64,000 nucleotides of DNA, taken from a virus. Its lineage: Duplodnaviria > Caudoviricetes. A program made the position numbers and the translations under genes. The stretch's first letter is position 1; each line of letters opens with the position of its first letter. The notes below the pieces were generated by a model. It was given only the letters and a program-made list of their open reading frames with translations, searched no databases and was not told the origin of the DNA. Below are positions 1 through 8,894 of the stretch, in pieces. The stretch lies in the IMG/VR virus record IMGVR_UViG_3300027833_000011; one strand, given 5' to 3'.

Positions 1-978
1 AGAGCAGACTTTGATAGATTAACATCTAATTTAGTTGACCGTTCAATCAAACCTTGTGAAAAAGCATTGTCAGATGCGAACCTAACAATTGGTGAAATTG
101 ATGAGGTAATCTTAGTGGGAGGTTCAACTCGTATTCCAGCAGTACAGGATGCGGTTAAGAAGTTATTCGGTAAAGAACCAAATAAAGGTGTAAATCCTGA
201 TGAGGTTGTTGCGATGGGGGCATCGATTCAGGGTGGTGTATTATCCGGAGACGTTACAGATGTATTATTATTGGATGTCACTCCACTTTCATTAGGTATT
301 GAAACAATGGGTGGTGTTATGACAAAATTGATTGAATCAAACACAACAATCCCAACAAATAAATCACAGACGTTCTCAACCGCAATCGACAATCAAACAG
401 TAGTAGAGATACACGTTTTACAAGGTGAAAGACCAATGGCGACTAATAATAGAACATTAGGTAAGTTTAAATTAGAAAGTATTCCAATGGCACCGAGAGG
501 TATCCCACAGGTAGAAGTTACTTTTGATATTGACGCTAATGGTATTTTAAATGTTTCAGCGAAAGATAAAGGAACGGGTAAAGAACAAAAGATTAAGATT
601 GAATCCTCAACAGGTTTATCTGACGCAGACATCCAAAAGATGAAAGACGAAGCAGAACAAAATAGAGAAGAGGATAAAAAGAAGGAAGAAAAGATTAAAC
701 TTATTAATGAAGCCGATTCATATGTGTTTACAACAGAAAAACAAATGACTGAATTAGGTGACAAAATTTCTGAAGAAGAAAAAACAAACTTAGAGAAGTT
801 AATTGGAGAACTTAACGAGGCTAAGACTTCAGAAAATTTAGAACTTATCACAAGTAAAAAATCTGAACTTGAGGGAGTGTGGAATCAAATAACTACGAGA
901 CTCTATCAAACAGGAGAATCGGGTGATAGTGGTGGTCCTGATGAGGGGACACAAGATGTCGATTATGAAGAAGTTTAA
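1..978 (+). CDS. dnaK: DnaK/Hsp70 chaperone, C-terminal part (5' end lies outside the window)
   Basis: Frame is open from base 1 ([19 protein letters not shown]). Hsp70 motifs [37 protein letters not shown] and [12 protein letters not shown] are present. Confidence 0.97.
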   Translation, partial: RADFDRLTSNLVDRSIKPCEKALSDANLTIGEIDEVILVGGSTRIPAVQDAVKKLFGKEPNKGVNPDEVVAMGASIQGGVLSGDVTDVLLLDVTPLSLGIETMGGVMTKLIESNTTIPTNKSQTFSTAIDNQTVVEIHVLQGERPMATNNRTLGKFKLESIPMAPRGIPQVEVTFDIDANGILNVSAKDKGTGKEQKIKIESSTGLSDADIQKMKDEAEQNREEDKKKEEKIKLINEADSYVFTTEKQMTELGDKISEEEKTNLEKLIGELNEAKTSENLELITSKKSELEGVWNQITTRLYQTGESGDSGGPDEGTQDVDYEEV

Positions 979-988
979 GTAGAATTTG

Positions 989-1014
989 AAACCCCTCGAA
1001 AGAGGGGTTTTCTA
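989..1014 (+). terminator. Intrinsic terminator after dnaK
   Basis: AAACCCCTC-GAAA-GAGGGGTTT 9-bp stem with GNRA loop, followed by T-rich sequence. Confidence 0.85.
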
Positions 1015-1059
1015 TTTTAATATAATTCTTAATATTTATATTAATAAACACGCGTATTT

Positions 1060-1317
1060 ATGGCAATTATCTCAGAAAAAATATCAGGTAAAAAAATTAA
1101 TGTTGTGTTAGATTCGTCTAACTTAAAAGAAGCGACATATCATACAGACAGTAAAACTCTTTTAGTAGAGTTTAAAAATGGTGTCGAGTACGAATATTCT
1201 GACGTTCCGTGGGAAATATTCACAAAATTCAGAATGGCAGATTCACAAGGAAGTTTCTTCAATAAAAATATTGGACGTGTTTTCGAATATAAAAAAATAG
1301 AAGACGATGAAAATTAA
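1060..1317 (+). CDS. KTSC-domain protein
   Basis: SSNLKEATY...TLLVEFKNG..YEYSDVP......F..ADSQGSFFNKNI matches the KTSC pattern. Confidence 0.85.
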   Translation: MAIISEKISGKKINVVLDSSNLKEATYHTDSKTLLVEFKNGVEYEYSDVPWEIFTKFRMADSQGSFFNKNIGRVFEYKKIEDDEN

Positions 1318-2071
1318 AGAACAGAAAGACCCTAAAATCATTCAGAGTTTTAAAACTAAGGATGAACTATGTGGAGATATTTGGGAAGGAACTGAAGGTA
1401 GCCCTAAAATGGTTTCTGAAATTAGAGAACGTTTAATGGAGATTACTAATGAATTTTTAGATTTTTTAGTTATTGAATTAGACATTGCTGATGTGATAAT
1501 GACAGGTTCTTTATCTAACTATAATTGGTCTGAGTTCTCAGATGTTGATTTGCACGTGGTTTTAGACTTTGAGGATGTTGGTGAAAACGTTTCATTCATT
1601 AAAGAATTTTTTGATAGTAAACGTATCAATTGGAATACATCACACAATATTCAAGTAAAAGGTTTTGAGGTTGAGTTATATGTACAAGACGCAAATGAAG
1701 CACATTTTTCTTCAGGGGTGTATTCAATATTAAAAGATAAGTGGATTGTAGAACCAAAATCAGGTGGTAGAGAACCTGATGAAGAAAAACTAATATCTAA
1801 AGTAACTCAATGGATGAAGATAATCGATGAGGTTGTTGAAGAATCTAAGGGTACGGGTGATTATGATAAAATCATGGAAGATATTAATAAAATCAGAAAA
1901 AAATTAAAACGTTTCCGTTCTACAGGGTTAGAAGAATATGGAGAGTATTCATATGAAAATTTAGTTTTCAAATTCTTAAGAAGAAACGGTTATATAGGTA
2001 AATTATTAGACGCAAAGAATGAGTTATACGATAAGTCTTTGTCATTAGATGAGGATAAAGTCGAAGAATAA
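1307..2071 (+). CDS. Pol-beta superfamily nucleotidyltransferase
   Basis: hG[GS]x9-13DxD motif (MTGSLSNYNWSEFSDVDLHVV), a third acidic strand (EVELYVQD) and a C-terminal helical domain. Confidence 0.8.
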   Translation: MKIKEQKDPKIIQSFKTKDELCGDIWEGTEGSPKMVSEIRERLMEITNEFLDFLVIELDIADVIMTGSLSNYNWSEFSDVDLHVVLDFEDVGENVSFIKEFFDSKRINWNTSHNIQVKGFEVELYVQDANEAHFSSGVYSILKDKWIVEPKSGGREPDEEKLISKVTQWMKIIDEVVEESKGTGDYDKIMEDINKIRKKLKRFRSTGLEEYGEYSYENLVFKFLRRNGYIGKLLDAKNELYDKSLSLDEDKVEE

Positions 2072-2145
2072 TATTTTTTTGTTAAAAACAGATATTTATA
2101 ATAGTATATACACGATAAACTAAATTTAGTTAAAGACATTTTAAA

Positions 2146-3678
2146 ATGAAAATGAAACCATTAGGTAGCGAAAAGCTAACAGGGCAAGAGAAAATTCAGA
2201 GAATTCTTGAGATTGCCAACTATAAAACAAACGACCATTCTATTAATGAGTCAACAACTGAATATACTAAATACGCAGTTGATGGAAATACTTATGCCAT
2301 TGTTAAAGAAAATGATGGGTATTACGTTAAAATAGGTTTAAACGAGTCATCATTAGATTATGTTGATGGTATCTTAAACAAAAATAAAAACAGATTCAGT
2401 TCGTATTCAGGAGCACTTAAGAAAATCAATTTAATGATTAAACCATTGAACGAACAGTTTAATGAAGGTAAAGAAGACCCTGTGTTAAATGAGACTAAAT
2501 ATGTTTTAAAGAAACCAGCAGCTCCTTCAGAAGAACCTGCTATGGACGAACCAATGATGGATGAACCAATGATGGATGAGCCATCAATGGACGTAGAGGA
2601 TGAAGATTTAGACTTATCAGGTCTTAATTTAGGTGACGATTCAGAAGAGGATATCGAAGGTGATTTAGATATGGATACTGAGATTGGAGAACCTAAAGAC
2701 GAAGAAGGAAGTGGGTCATTAAAAAAAGTACAAAAACTAACAGGTAAATTAGGACAGGCTTTAAGAGAGATTAAAATCGACTTAGAGTCTTCTGATATTA
2801 AATACGTATTAAATTCAATAATTTCAGCAGTAGACTTAACAAAGTTAAATTCTGAAGACTTAGAAGATGTTATGTCTAACTTTGAAGAGTTAGATGAATT
2901 CGAAATTGATGGTGAAGAATCATTAGATTCGTCAGATGAGGAATCAGGACTAGAGTCTTTAGGTTTAGATATGGATGATTTACCGACTGAAGAGGATGAA
3001 ATGGAGTTAGAAGATGATTTATCTGAAGTTATTGATATAGATGAAGAAGAAAAAGATATTAACGAATGGGGAAGTTCGGACCAAGGTTATTTTAACAAAT
3101 ATATACATGATGAGTTAGGTGAACCTGAAAAGATGCCATCACCATTTGCATCTGATTTTGAATCTGCGGCTGAATCAGCAGTAGACTATTATTGGGATGA
3201 TTGGGAAGAATATGAAACTGATAGACATGGTTTAATAGAAGACGCTAAAAGAGGTTACTTAAGAGCATACTTCAAAGAAACGTTTGATATGTTAGTTAAA
3301 ATGTTTGAACCAGCGGTTGAAGATGAGGATATGGGTATGGAACCAAATTTAGAAATGGATTTAGATGAAGGAGCGTTTATGGACGGTCTTAAAACATTAG
3401 GTTCTAAATTTTTAACATATTACAAAGAAAATCCTGAAGCTAGAAAGATGGTAAATGATTTAGGTGCTAAAGCACTTTCAAAGGGAACTAACAAAATTGC
3501 GGATAAATTAGACAAATCTGACACAATAGACACTGATGGAAAATTTTCTGAGAAGTTAAAGAACGTAAATCCAACGGATAGTGAAATTGATAAGTTAGGT
3601 AATTTAATCTTTGGAGACTTAAGTGAGAGTGAAGTTTCAACAAAAATAGATAACGTTTTAGGTAAATACTTCAAATAA
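2146..3678 (+). CDS. Acidic hypothetical protein, probably head-associated
   Basis: 510-aa ORF, very D/E rich, with EPMMD repeats and many [ILV]-x-E motifs. A late motif lies upstream. Confidence 0.6.
   Translation: MKMKPLGSEKLTGQEKIQRILEIANYKTNDHSINESTTEYTKYAVDGNTYAIVKENDGYYVKIGLNESSLDYVDGILNKNKNRFSSYSGALKKINLMIKPLNEQFNEGKEDPVLNETKYVLKKPAAPSEEPAMDEPMMDEPMMDEPSMDVEDEDLDLSGLNLGDDSEEDIEGDLDMDTEIGEPKDEEGSGSLKKVQKLTGKLGQALREIKIDLESSDIKYVLNSIISAVDLTKLNSEDLEDVMSNFEELDEFEIDGEESLDSSDEESGLESLGLDMDDLPTEEDEMELEDDLSEVIDIDEEEKDINEWGSSDQGYFNKYIHDELGEPEKMPSPFASDFESAAESAVDYYWDDWEEYETDRHGLIEDAKRGYLRAYFKETFDMLVKMFEPAVEDEDMGMEPNLEMDLDEGAFMDGLKTLGSKFLTYYKENPEARKMVNDLGAKALSKGTNKIADKLDKSDTIDTDGKFSEKLKNVNPTDSEIDKLGNLIFGDLSESEVSTKIDNVLGKYFK
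2533..2592 (+). repeat. Four 15-nt tandem coding repeats (EPAMD-EPMMD-EPMMD-EPSMD)
   Basis: gaacctgctatggac / gaaccaatgatggat x2 / gagccatcaatggac. Confidence 0.85.
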
Positions 3679-3679
3679 T

Positions 3680-4102
3680 ATGAGATTAATTTATGTTAAT
3701 GAACTTGGGCCAAACTACATAGGTAATAATATTTATGAATTTATATTTGGTAGTAATGAGGTGGAACCTTTTGGTGACGGATGGGAATCTGTACCAGCTG
3801 CGGGTAACGCAAATCCTCCTGAGTTACAATACATAAAAAAGGTTGGAATATTAAAAGAATCGAATTTAAAACTACACTTAATACAAAATTCAGACTATTT
3901 TTGTGTTTATGATGCAGTTGAAGATGTTGTCGCTTTAGGGTGGGAAGATGCTGATACTGAAGAGATTATAGACAAAGGTTTGACTCGTTTAGTATTTAGG
4001 TTTGGTGAATCGTTAGATTCAGTTTCAGACAAACTATACGAGAGGGATTTTGTTTTAACTTTTGATAAAGTAATTGATATCGTAGAACAAGATGAAGAAT
4101 AA
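3680..4102 (+). CDS. Hypothetical protein
   Basis: 140-aa ORF translationally coupled to its neighbours (TAAT-ATG; overlaps the next start). Confidence 0.7.
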   Translation: MRLIYVNELGPNYIGNNIYEFIFGSNEVEPFGDGWESVPAAGNANPPELQYIKKVGILKESNLKLHLIQNSDYFCVYDAVEDVVALGWEDADTEEIIDKGLTRLVFRFGESLDSVSDKLYERDFVLTFDKVIDIVEQDEE

Positions 4103-4928
4103 TAAAAAATATAATGACTTATTAAAAGAAGGGTTTACAGAAAAGACCCTATCTATTCTTAATGAGAAAAAAATAGAAATCTTACATAGTAGGATTTTCT
4201 CTGAAGCCACATATAAGGTTTCTTCAGATAATGTGGACCAAATTAAAGATAAAGTCGATAGTGATGACACTATTGAAGTTACTGAGGAGGATGAAACACA
4301 TGAAGAAGAATTAGATGAGGAGTCTGATTTCACTAAACCTGTATCTGCGGATAAGGGATGGAAACAAGACACACACTCAAAACAAGTGTCAGACAATAGA
4401 TTAGACAAAGCTGACGGAACATTAAACTCTGTTAAGTTTGTTGAAAAAGGGAAACAAGCTAAAGAAGTTTCTAAGTCGGGACATACAGGGTTTGCACAAC
4501 CAAAAGAAAAAGTTAATATTGGTGGTAAAAAGAAAGGGACTAAGTCCACTTCAGGGTCTTCAATGTCAGAATCAAAAACAACCAAAAAAGAATTGGTGAA
4601 ATTCATATCTGAAATGGTAGAAAACACTACCTTAGCATCTCAAACTAAAACAGATAAATTACCCGACTTTATGGATATAGACATTTTTGATGGAAAATTA
4701 GGTGACATATTAGGAAACTCACCTGTAGAGACACCTGTAAAACCAACAACAACACCAGGTATAAAACCAAGTAAACCAATTATTAAACCAAGACACTCAC
4801 CAAAACCAAAAGCACAGATGGAAGATGAAAACATCGAAGAAAATGGAAGAACTTTCGCTGGTGGTGATGAGAAGAAAGGTGGGTTACCTAAACAAAGAGG
4901 TTCTAAACCTCAACAAATGAAAAAATAA
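4092..4928 (+). CDS. Hypothetical protein with Pro/Thr-rich C-terminus
   Basis: 278-aa ORF in the operon; PVETPVKPTTTPGIKPSKP segment. Confidence 0.65.
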   Translation: MKNNKKYNDLLKEGFTEKTLSILNEKKIEILHSRIFSEATYKVSSDNVDQIKDKVDSDDTIEVTEEDETHEEELDEESDFTKPVSADKGWKQDTHSKQVSDNRLDKADGTLNSVKFVEKGKQAKEVSKSGHTGFAQPKEKVNIGGKKKGTKSTSGSSMSESKTTKKELVKFISEMVENTTLASQTKTDKLPDFMDIDIFDGKLGDILGNSPVETPVKPTTTPGIKPSKPIIKPRHSPKPKAQMEDENIEENGRTFAGGDEKKGGLPKQRGSKPQQMKK

Positions 4929-4931
4929 GGT

Positions 4932-6299
4932 ATGAAAGATTTTGGATTCATATCGAAAGGTAGTATCTTAGCTGAAATTAAAAAAAATTTAGACGAGATG
5001 CCAATGAAATTTGACGGGACTCAAAGACCCGACCCTTCGATAGAAAAAACTATAGCAGATAAAGACAGTCCATTATCTGACAACCCTGCGTTAGATATTG
5101 ACGTTGATAACAACGATATTCCTGATACTTTTGAAGAGCTTTTAGCCTCAGAGAGATACAAACAGGTGGTTGATAAATTTAAAGACGCTACAGGGTTCGA
5201 TTCAGACGTTCAAACAGGTATGCAAGGTATTATGCAATTAATGCCGATGATTGGTCAGTCATTCCAACAGGTTCAAGAAACAGAAAGTAGGTATAAGTCA
5301 GAGTTAGAAAGACTTTCTATTAAGTTAGTTGTTGATGAAGAAGGATTAACTGAATTTGAACCGGGGATATATGGAATAAAATCACACCCTGAAAAAAGAT
5401 TTAGATTAGAATCTAAATTGGTTGGTATGGGACAAGTAAAACAAGATGATTTTACACAAACACCCGAAGAACCAACAGAAGAAGAATTTGAACAAGAAGA
5501 ACAAGCATTTGAGACTTTCGAAGACTTAAAGTTAGAAAGAGCTAAAAGACGTTTCATAAACGCAATCATGCAAGGTTCATCTAAAAGAGGACATTACATG
5601 TACGCATTGGTACAAAGAGAGTTAAGAGAACTAACAGGTTCTGATAACTTATTCAATCAATATGGTATTATGATGACGGCTAATGATATGTTGTATTGGC
5701 AAGTACCAGCATCAACTATGTTACCTGGAGGTTCTCCTGGTGGTGGTGATGCACCTGTCGGTGGTAGAGAAGAGGTGGATATGGAAACTGACCCACCAAC
5801 GATTAAGGCTACGGCAATTTCGTTCCCTATTTTATTACACGAACTAATTAAAGGGATTAAAGAATACTTAGGAGCATATTCTATGGATGATTTATCACCT
5901 GACCAAGCAGATAAAGTAGTTGAATTAGAAGATACGTTAGATAAGGAGATATGGGATTTAAGATTAGGACCAGCGATTTGGGATAGATTCAGAGCGTCAT
6001 ACCCACAAGAAGTTTTAATGGATGACGACAAGAAATTCCTACAAAACGCTCTTTACGCTGAGTTTGTTGTGATGGACGCTAAAACATTACTATCATTATC
6101 TAAGGAGGTAATGAGTGGTACTGATAGAGGTAAGTTAGTTTTACAACAATTGGTTGATGGTATTATTGAAAGAATGAAAGGTGAGGAGTCTGAAGAAGCG
6201 ATGGAAGAGTTCCGTAACTCTATGGAAGATATTAATGATGGTTTTAGTGATGACGATTTAGGTGACTTTTTGAGTGACTTTGGAATCGGATTGAACTAA
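4932..6299 (+). CDS. Hypothetical protein with a zincin-like HExxK motif
   Basis: 455 aa; FPILLHELIKG followed by EIWDLRLGP. Confidence 0.6.
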   Translation: MKDFGFISKGSILAEIKKNLDEMPMKFDGTQRPDPSIEKTIADKDSPLSDNPALDIDVDNNDIPDTFEELLASERYKQVVDKFKDATGFDSDVQTGMQGIMQLMPMIGQSFQQVQETESRYKSELERLSIKLVVDEEGLTEFEPGIYGIKSHPEKRFRLESKLVGMGQVKQDDFTQTPEEPTEEEFEQEEQAFETFEDLKLERAKRRFINAIMQGSSKRGHYMYALVQRELRELTGSDNLFNQYGIMMTANDMLYWQVPASTMLPGGSPGGGDAPVGGREEVDMETDPPTIKATAISFPILLHELIKGIKEYLGAYSMDDLSPDQADKVVELEDTLDKEIWDLRLGPAIWDRFRASYPQEVLMDDDKKFLQNALYAEFVVMDAKTLLSLSKEVMSGTDRGKLVLQQLVDGIIERMKGEESEEAMEEFRNSMEDINDGFSDDDLGDFLSDFGIGLN

Positions 6300-6323
6300 A
6301 TACAAACAATCATATTAAATACT

Positions 6324-6352
6324 ATGGGGGCTTTATGTCCCCATTTTTTTTT
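6324..6352 (+). terminator. Intrinsic terminator
   Basis: ATGGGGGC-TTTAT-GTCCCCAT stem followed by a T run. Confidence 0.75.
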
Positions 6353-6376
6353 ATTTTAAATTATTATATACACACT

Positions 6377-7057
6377 ATGAGATTATTATTCGCACAACAC
6401 TTAGACCCTTTACTTAGGGCTGGGTTTGAGAAGGTCTTTAATAGAGACCTAAAAGAAGAGATTATCACTATGACCAGAGTCTCTATTAAATGTGCATTAC
6501 AATTTTATGATGATATTCATTTATACTGTGACAAAGACAGTGAAAAGCATTATAACGATTTACCCATAACATTACACGAATTAAAAACGACACCTGAATT
6601 TTTTTGTGGTGCGAAGTTGGAGGTATTAGAGGACCAAAAAGATTGCGATTTTATTTGGGTCGACCCTGACATTTTTATATCAACTAAGTTTAATATTAAA
6701 GACGATGTTAGGTTTATGTATGAGAAGAGTACGACGTTAGATGATTTTTACTACGAAAAACTGTCATATTTTTCAAAAAAGTACCCTGAATATCCTATGG
6801 TTAGGGAATGGTTAAATGCGGGATTGTTATGGTTTAAAGATGGGGAAGTTTTAGATTACCATATTAATTTATATAAGGAGTTAATGACTAAAACTTTAGA
6901 CGCTAGAATTGTTGAGACTTGGAATCTTTCACATTGCTCCACGAAATTTACAAGTCACGACTTTAGAACGACTACCGAGTATTTACATTTTGACGGGTAT
7001 AAAAAATTCTTTGGAATTAGTAGAGATATGATAAAACAATTAGATTTATATTTATAG
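6377..7057 (+). CDS. GT-A-fold glycosyltransferase-like protein (DUF6734-like)
   Basis: KLEVL...DFIWVDPDIFI (DxD) and LNAGLLWF motifs. The ATG at 6377 is preferred because the ORF-track start lies inside the terminator. Confidence 0.5.
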   Translation: MRLLFAQHLDPLLRAGFEKVFNRDLKEEIITMTRVSIKCALQFYDDIHLYCDKDSEKHYNDLPITLHELKTTPEFFCGAKLEVLEDQKDCDFIWVDPDIFISTKFNIKDDVRFMYEKSTTLDDFYYEKLSYFSKKYPEYPMVREWLNAGLLWFKDGEVLDYHINLYKELMTKTLDARIVETWNLSHCSTKFTSHDFRTTTEYLHFDGYKKFFGISRDMIKQLDLYL

Positions 7058-7060
7058 TAT

Positions 7061-8839
7061 ATGACTAAACAGGAATTAATTACAGAATATACTAAATGTT
7101 TAAAGGATACTCCTTACGCATTGAAGACTTATTTAGAGACGTATGATAATACACAGTCTAAGTATGTCCCATTTGAACTATTTCCTGACCAAGAACAACT
7201 AATAAAAGATTACGACACATATAATGAAAACTTAGCCCTTAAATATCGACAAGCTGGTGTGTCAACCGCTACTGCAGCATGGGTTAGTAAAAAACTACAA
7301 TTCGCATCACCTAAACAACCTGAGAAGGTTTTGATTATCGCCAATAAGCTTGACACTGCGAAGGAAATGGCTAACAAGGTTAGAGGTTTTTTAAACCAAT
7401 GGCCTGATTGGATTAATGTTGGATTTTCTAAAGATAAGGATTCCCAATCACATTTTAGACTACTTAATGGTTGTGAAGTAAAAGCGGTAGCCACATCGAT
7501 GGATGCACTAAGGGGTTACACTCCTACGGTTTTAGTCTTTGATGAGGCGGCATATATTGATGCCGGTAATGATTTCTGGGCAGCCTGTATGGCATCACTT
7601 TCTACGGGTGGTAAAGTAATCGTAGTATCAACACCTAACGGGTTTGATAAAATTTATTACGAAATATACGCTCAGAGTCAGCAAGGTTTAAACGATTTTA
7701 AGATTACGGAGATGGTTTGGTATAAAGACCCTCGTTTCACTAAAGATTTAAGATGGATTAAAACTAAAGACATTATCGATTATATCCTTAATCGAAATAG
7801 GTATGACGATAATGAGGTGGTACTAAATGAACTAGACCAGTCAAAATTTCCTGAAATCATGAAGAGTGGTTATAAACCATACTCTAGTTGGTTCGAACAA
7901 ATGTCAAAAAAATTAAAATACGATAGACGTAAAATTTCTCAGGAGTTAGAGAATAACTTTTTAGGTTCTGGTGATAATGTTATTCCTGCTGAAACAATCG
8001 AAATGATTAAGGAGAGAATGATTGAAGACCCTATCGAAAAATATATGGCAGGTCAAATGTGGGTGTGGAATGAACCAATAAAAGACCACAGATATATTAT
8101 GGGTGTCGACGTGTCGAGAGGTGATTCAGAGGATTCATCTTCAATATGTATTGTTGATTTTGATACGAGAGAACAGGTTGCCGAATACTTAGGTAAAATA
8201 CCACCAGATGAATTGGCGGATGTTTGTTACAAATGGGGAACAATGTATTCCGCATTTACGGTTGTGGATATTACAGGTGGTATGGGTGTCGCTACTGTAA
8301 GAAAATTACAAGAGTTAGGGTATAAGGACTTATATGTTGATGGTATTAACGCATTTGATAAATGGTCATGGAACCCTAAATCTCAAGAAAAGATGCCTGG
8401 GTTATCATTTAACAACAAACGTACACAGATAGTAGCTGCGTTTGAAGAATCATTAAGACATAATTTCGTTGTTAAGTCTAAACGTTTGGTTAATGAAATG
8501 AATACTTTCGTTTATATTAATGGTAAGGCTGACCACATGAGAGGTCATCACGATGATTTGATTATGGCAATGGCAATGTGTGTTTATGTTGGTGAGTTTT
8601 CTTTCTCATTATTAAAAAAATCTGAAGCATCGACAAAGGCATTATTAGAAGGTTGGACGGTCACTGAGTCACCAAACACTCCACGCCCATCAGTAAATAG
8701 GAATGGACAACAAGTTGGGTCATTGGACCCATTTAGAGGGATAAGCCCGAATAACTCATCAAATACAAATCGTAGTGCGAGTAAACAAGATTATTCAGAT
8801 TATTCGTGGTTAATGGGTAATAAAAGAAGAAATAATTAA
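7061..8839 (+). CDS. terL: Terminase large subunit (T4 gp17-like)
   Basis: LKYRQAGVST (Walker A region), LVFDEAAYI (Walker B), VSTPNG, YIMGVDVSRG nuclease motif and HDDLIMAMA. Confidence 0.95.
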   Translation: MTKQELITEYTKCLKDTPYALKTYLETYDNTQSKYVPFELFPDQEQLIKDYDTYNENLALKYRQAGVSTATAAWVSKKLQFASPKQPEKVLIIANKLDTAKEMANKVRGFLNQWPDWINVGFSKDKDSQSHFRLLNGCEVKAVATSMDALRGYTPTVLVFDEAAYIDAGNDFWAACMASLSTGGKVIVVSTPNGFDKIYYEIYAQSQQGLNDFKITEMVWYKDPRFTKDLRWIKTKDIIDYILNRNRYDDNEVVLNELDQSKFPEIMKSGYKPYSSWFEQMSKKLKYDRRKISQELENNFLGSGDNVIPAETIEMIKERMIEDPIEKYMAGQMWVWNEPIKDHRYIMGVDVSRGDSEDSSSICIVDFDTREQVAEYLGKIPPDELADVCYKWGTMYSAFTVVDITGGMGVATVRKLQELGYKDLYVDGINAFDKWSWNPKSQEKMPGLSFNNKRTQIVAAFEESLRHNFVVKSKRLVNEMNTFVYINGKADHMRGHHDDLIMAMAMCVYVGEFSFSLLKKSEASTKALLEGWTVTESPNTPRPSVNRNGQQVGSLDPFRGISPNNSSNTNRSASKQDYSDYSWLMGNKRRNN

Positions 8840-8841
8840 TA

Positions 8842-8870
8842 TTGACTTAGAATAATAATTCAACTAATAT
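8842..8870 (+). promoter_or_regulatory. Sigma70-like promoter upstream of portal
   Basis: TTGACT-N17-TAATAT, followed by the late motif TATTTATA at 8880-8887. Confidence 0.45.
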
Positions 8871-8894
8871 TATTACGAATATTTATATGTTAAC

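Noticed and set aside
1-978. dnaK as host chromosomal DNA or evidence of a prophage junction
   Set aside because: It shares the composition and GATC avoidance of the rest of the window and is followed directly by late-motif genes. No integrase or att site was seen, and large phages are known to carry dnaK.
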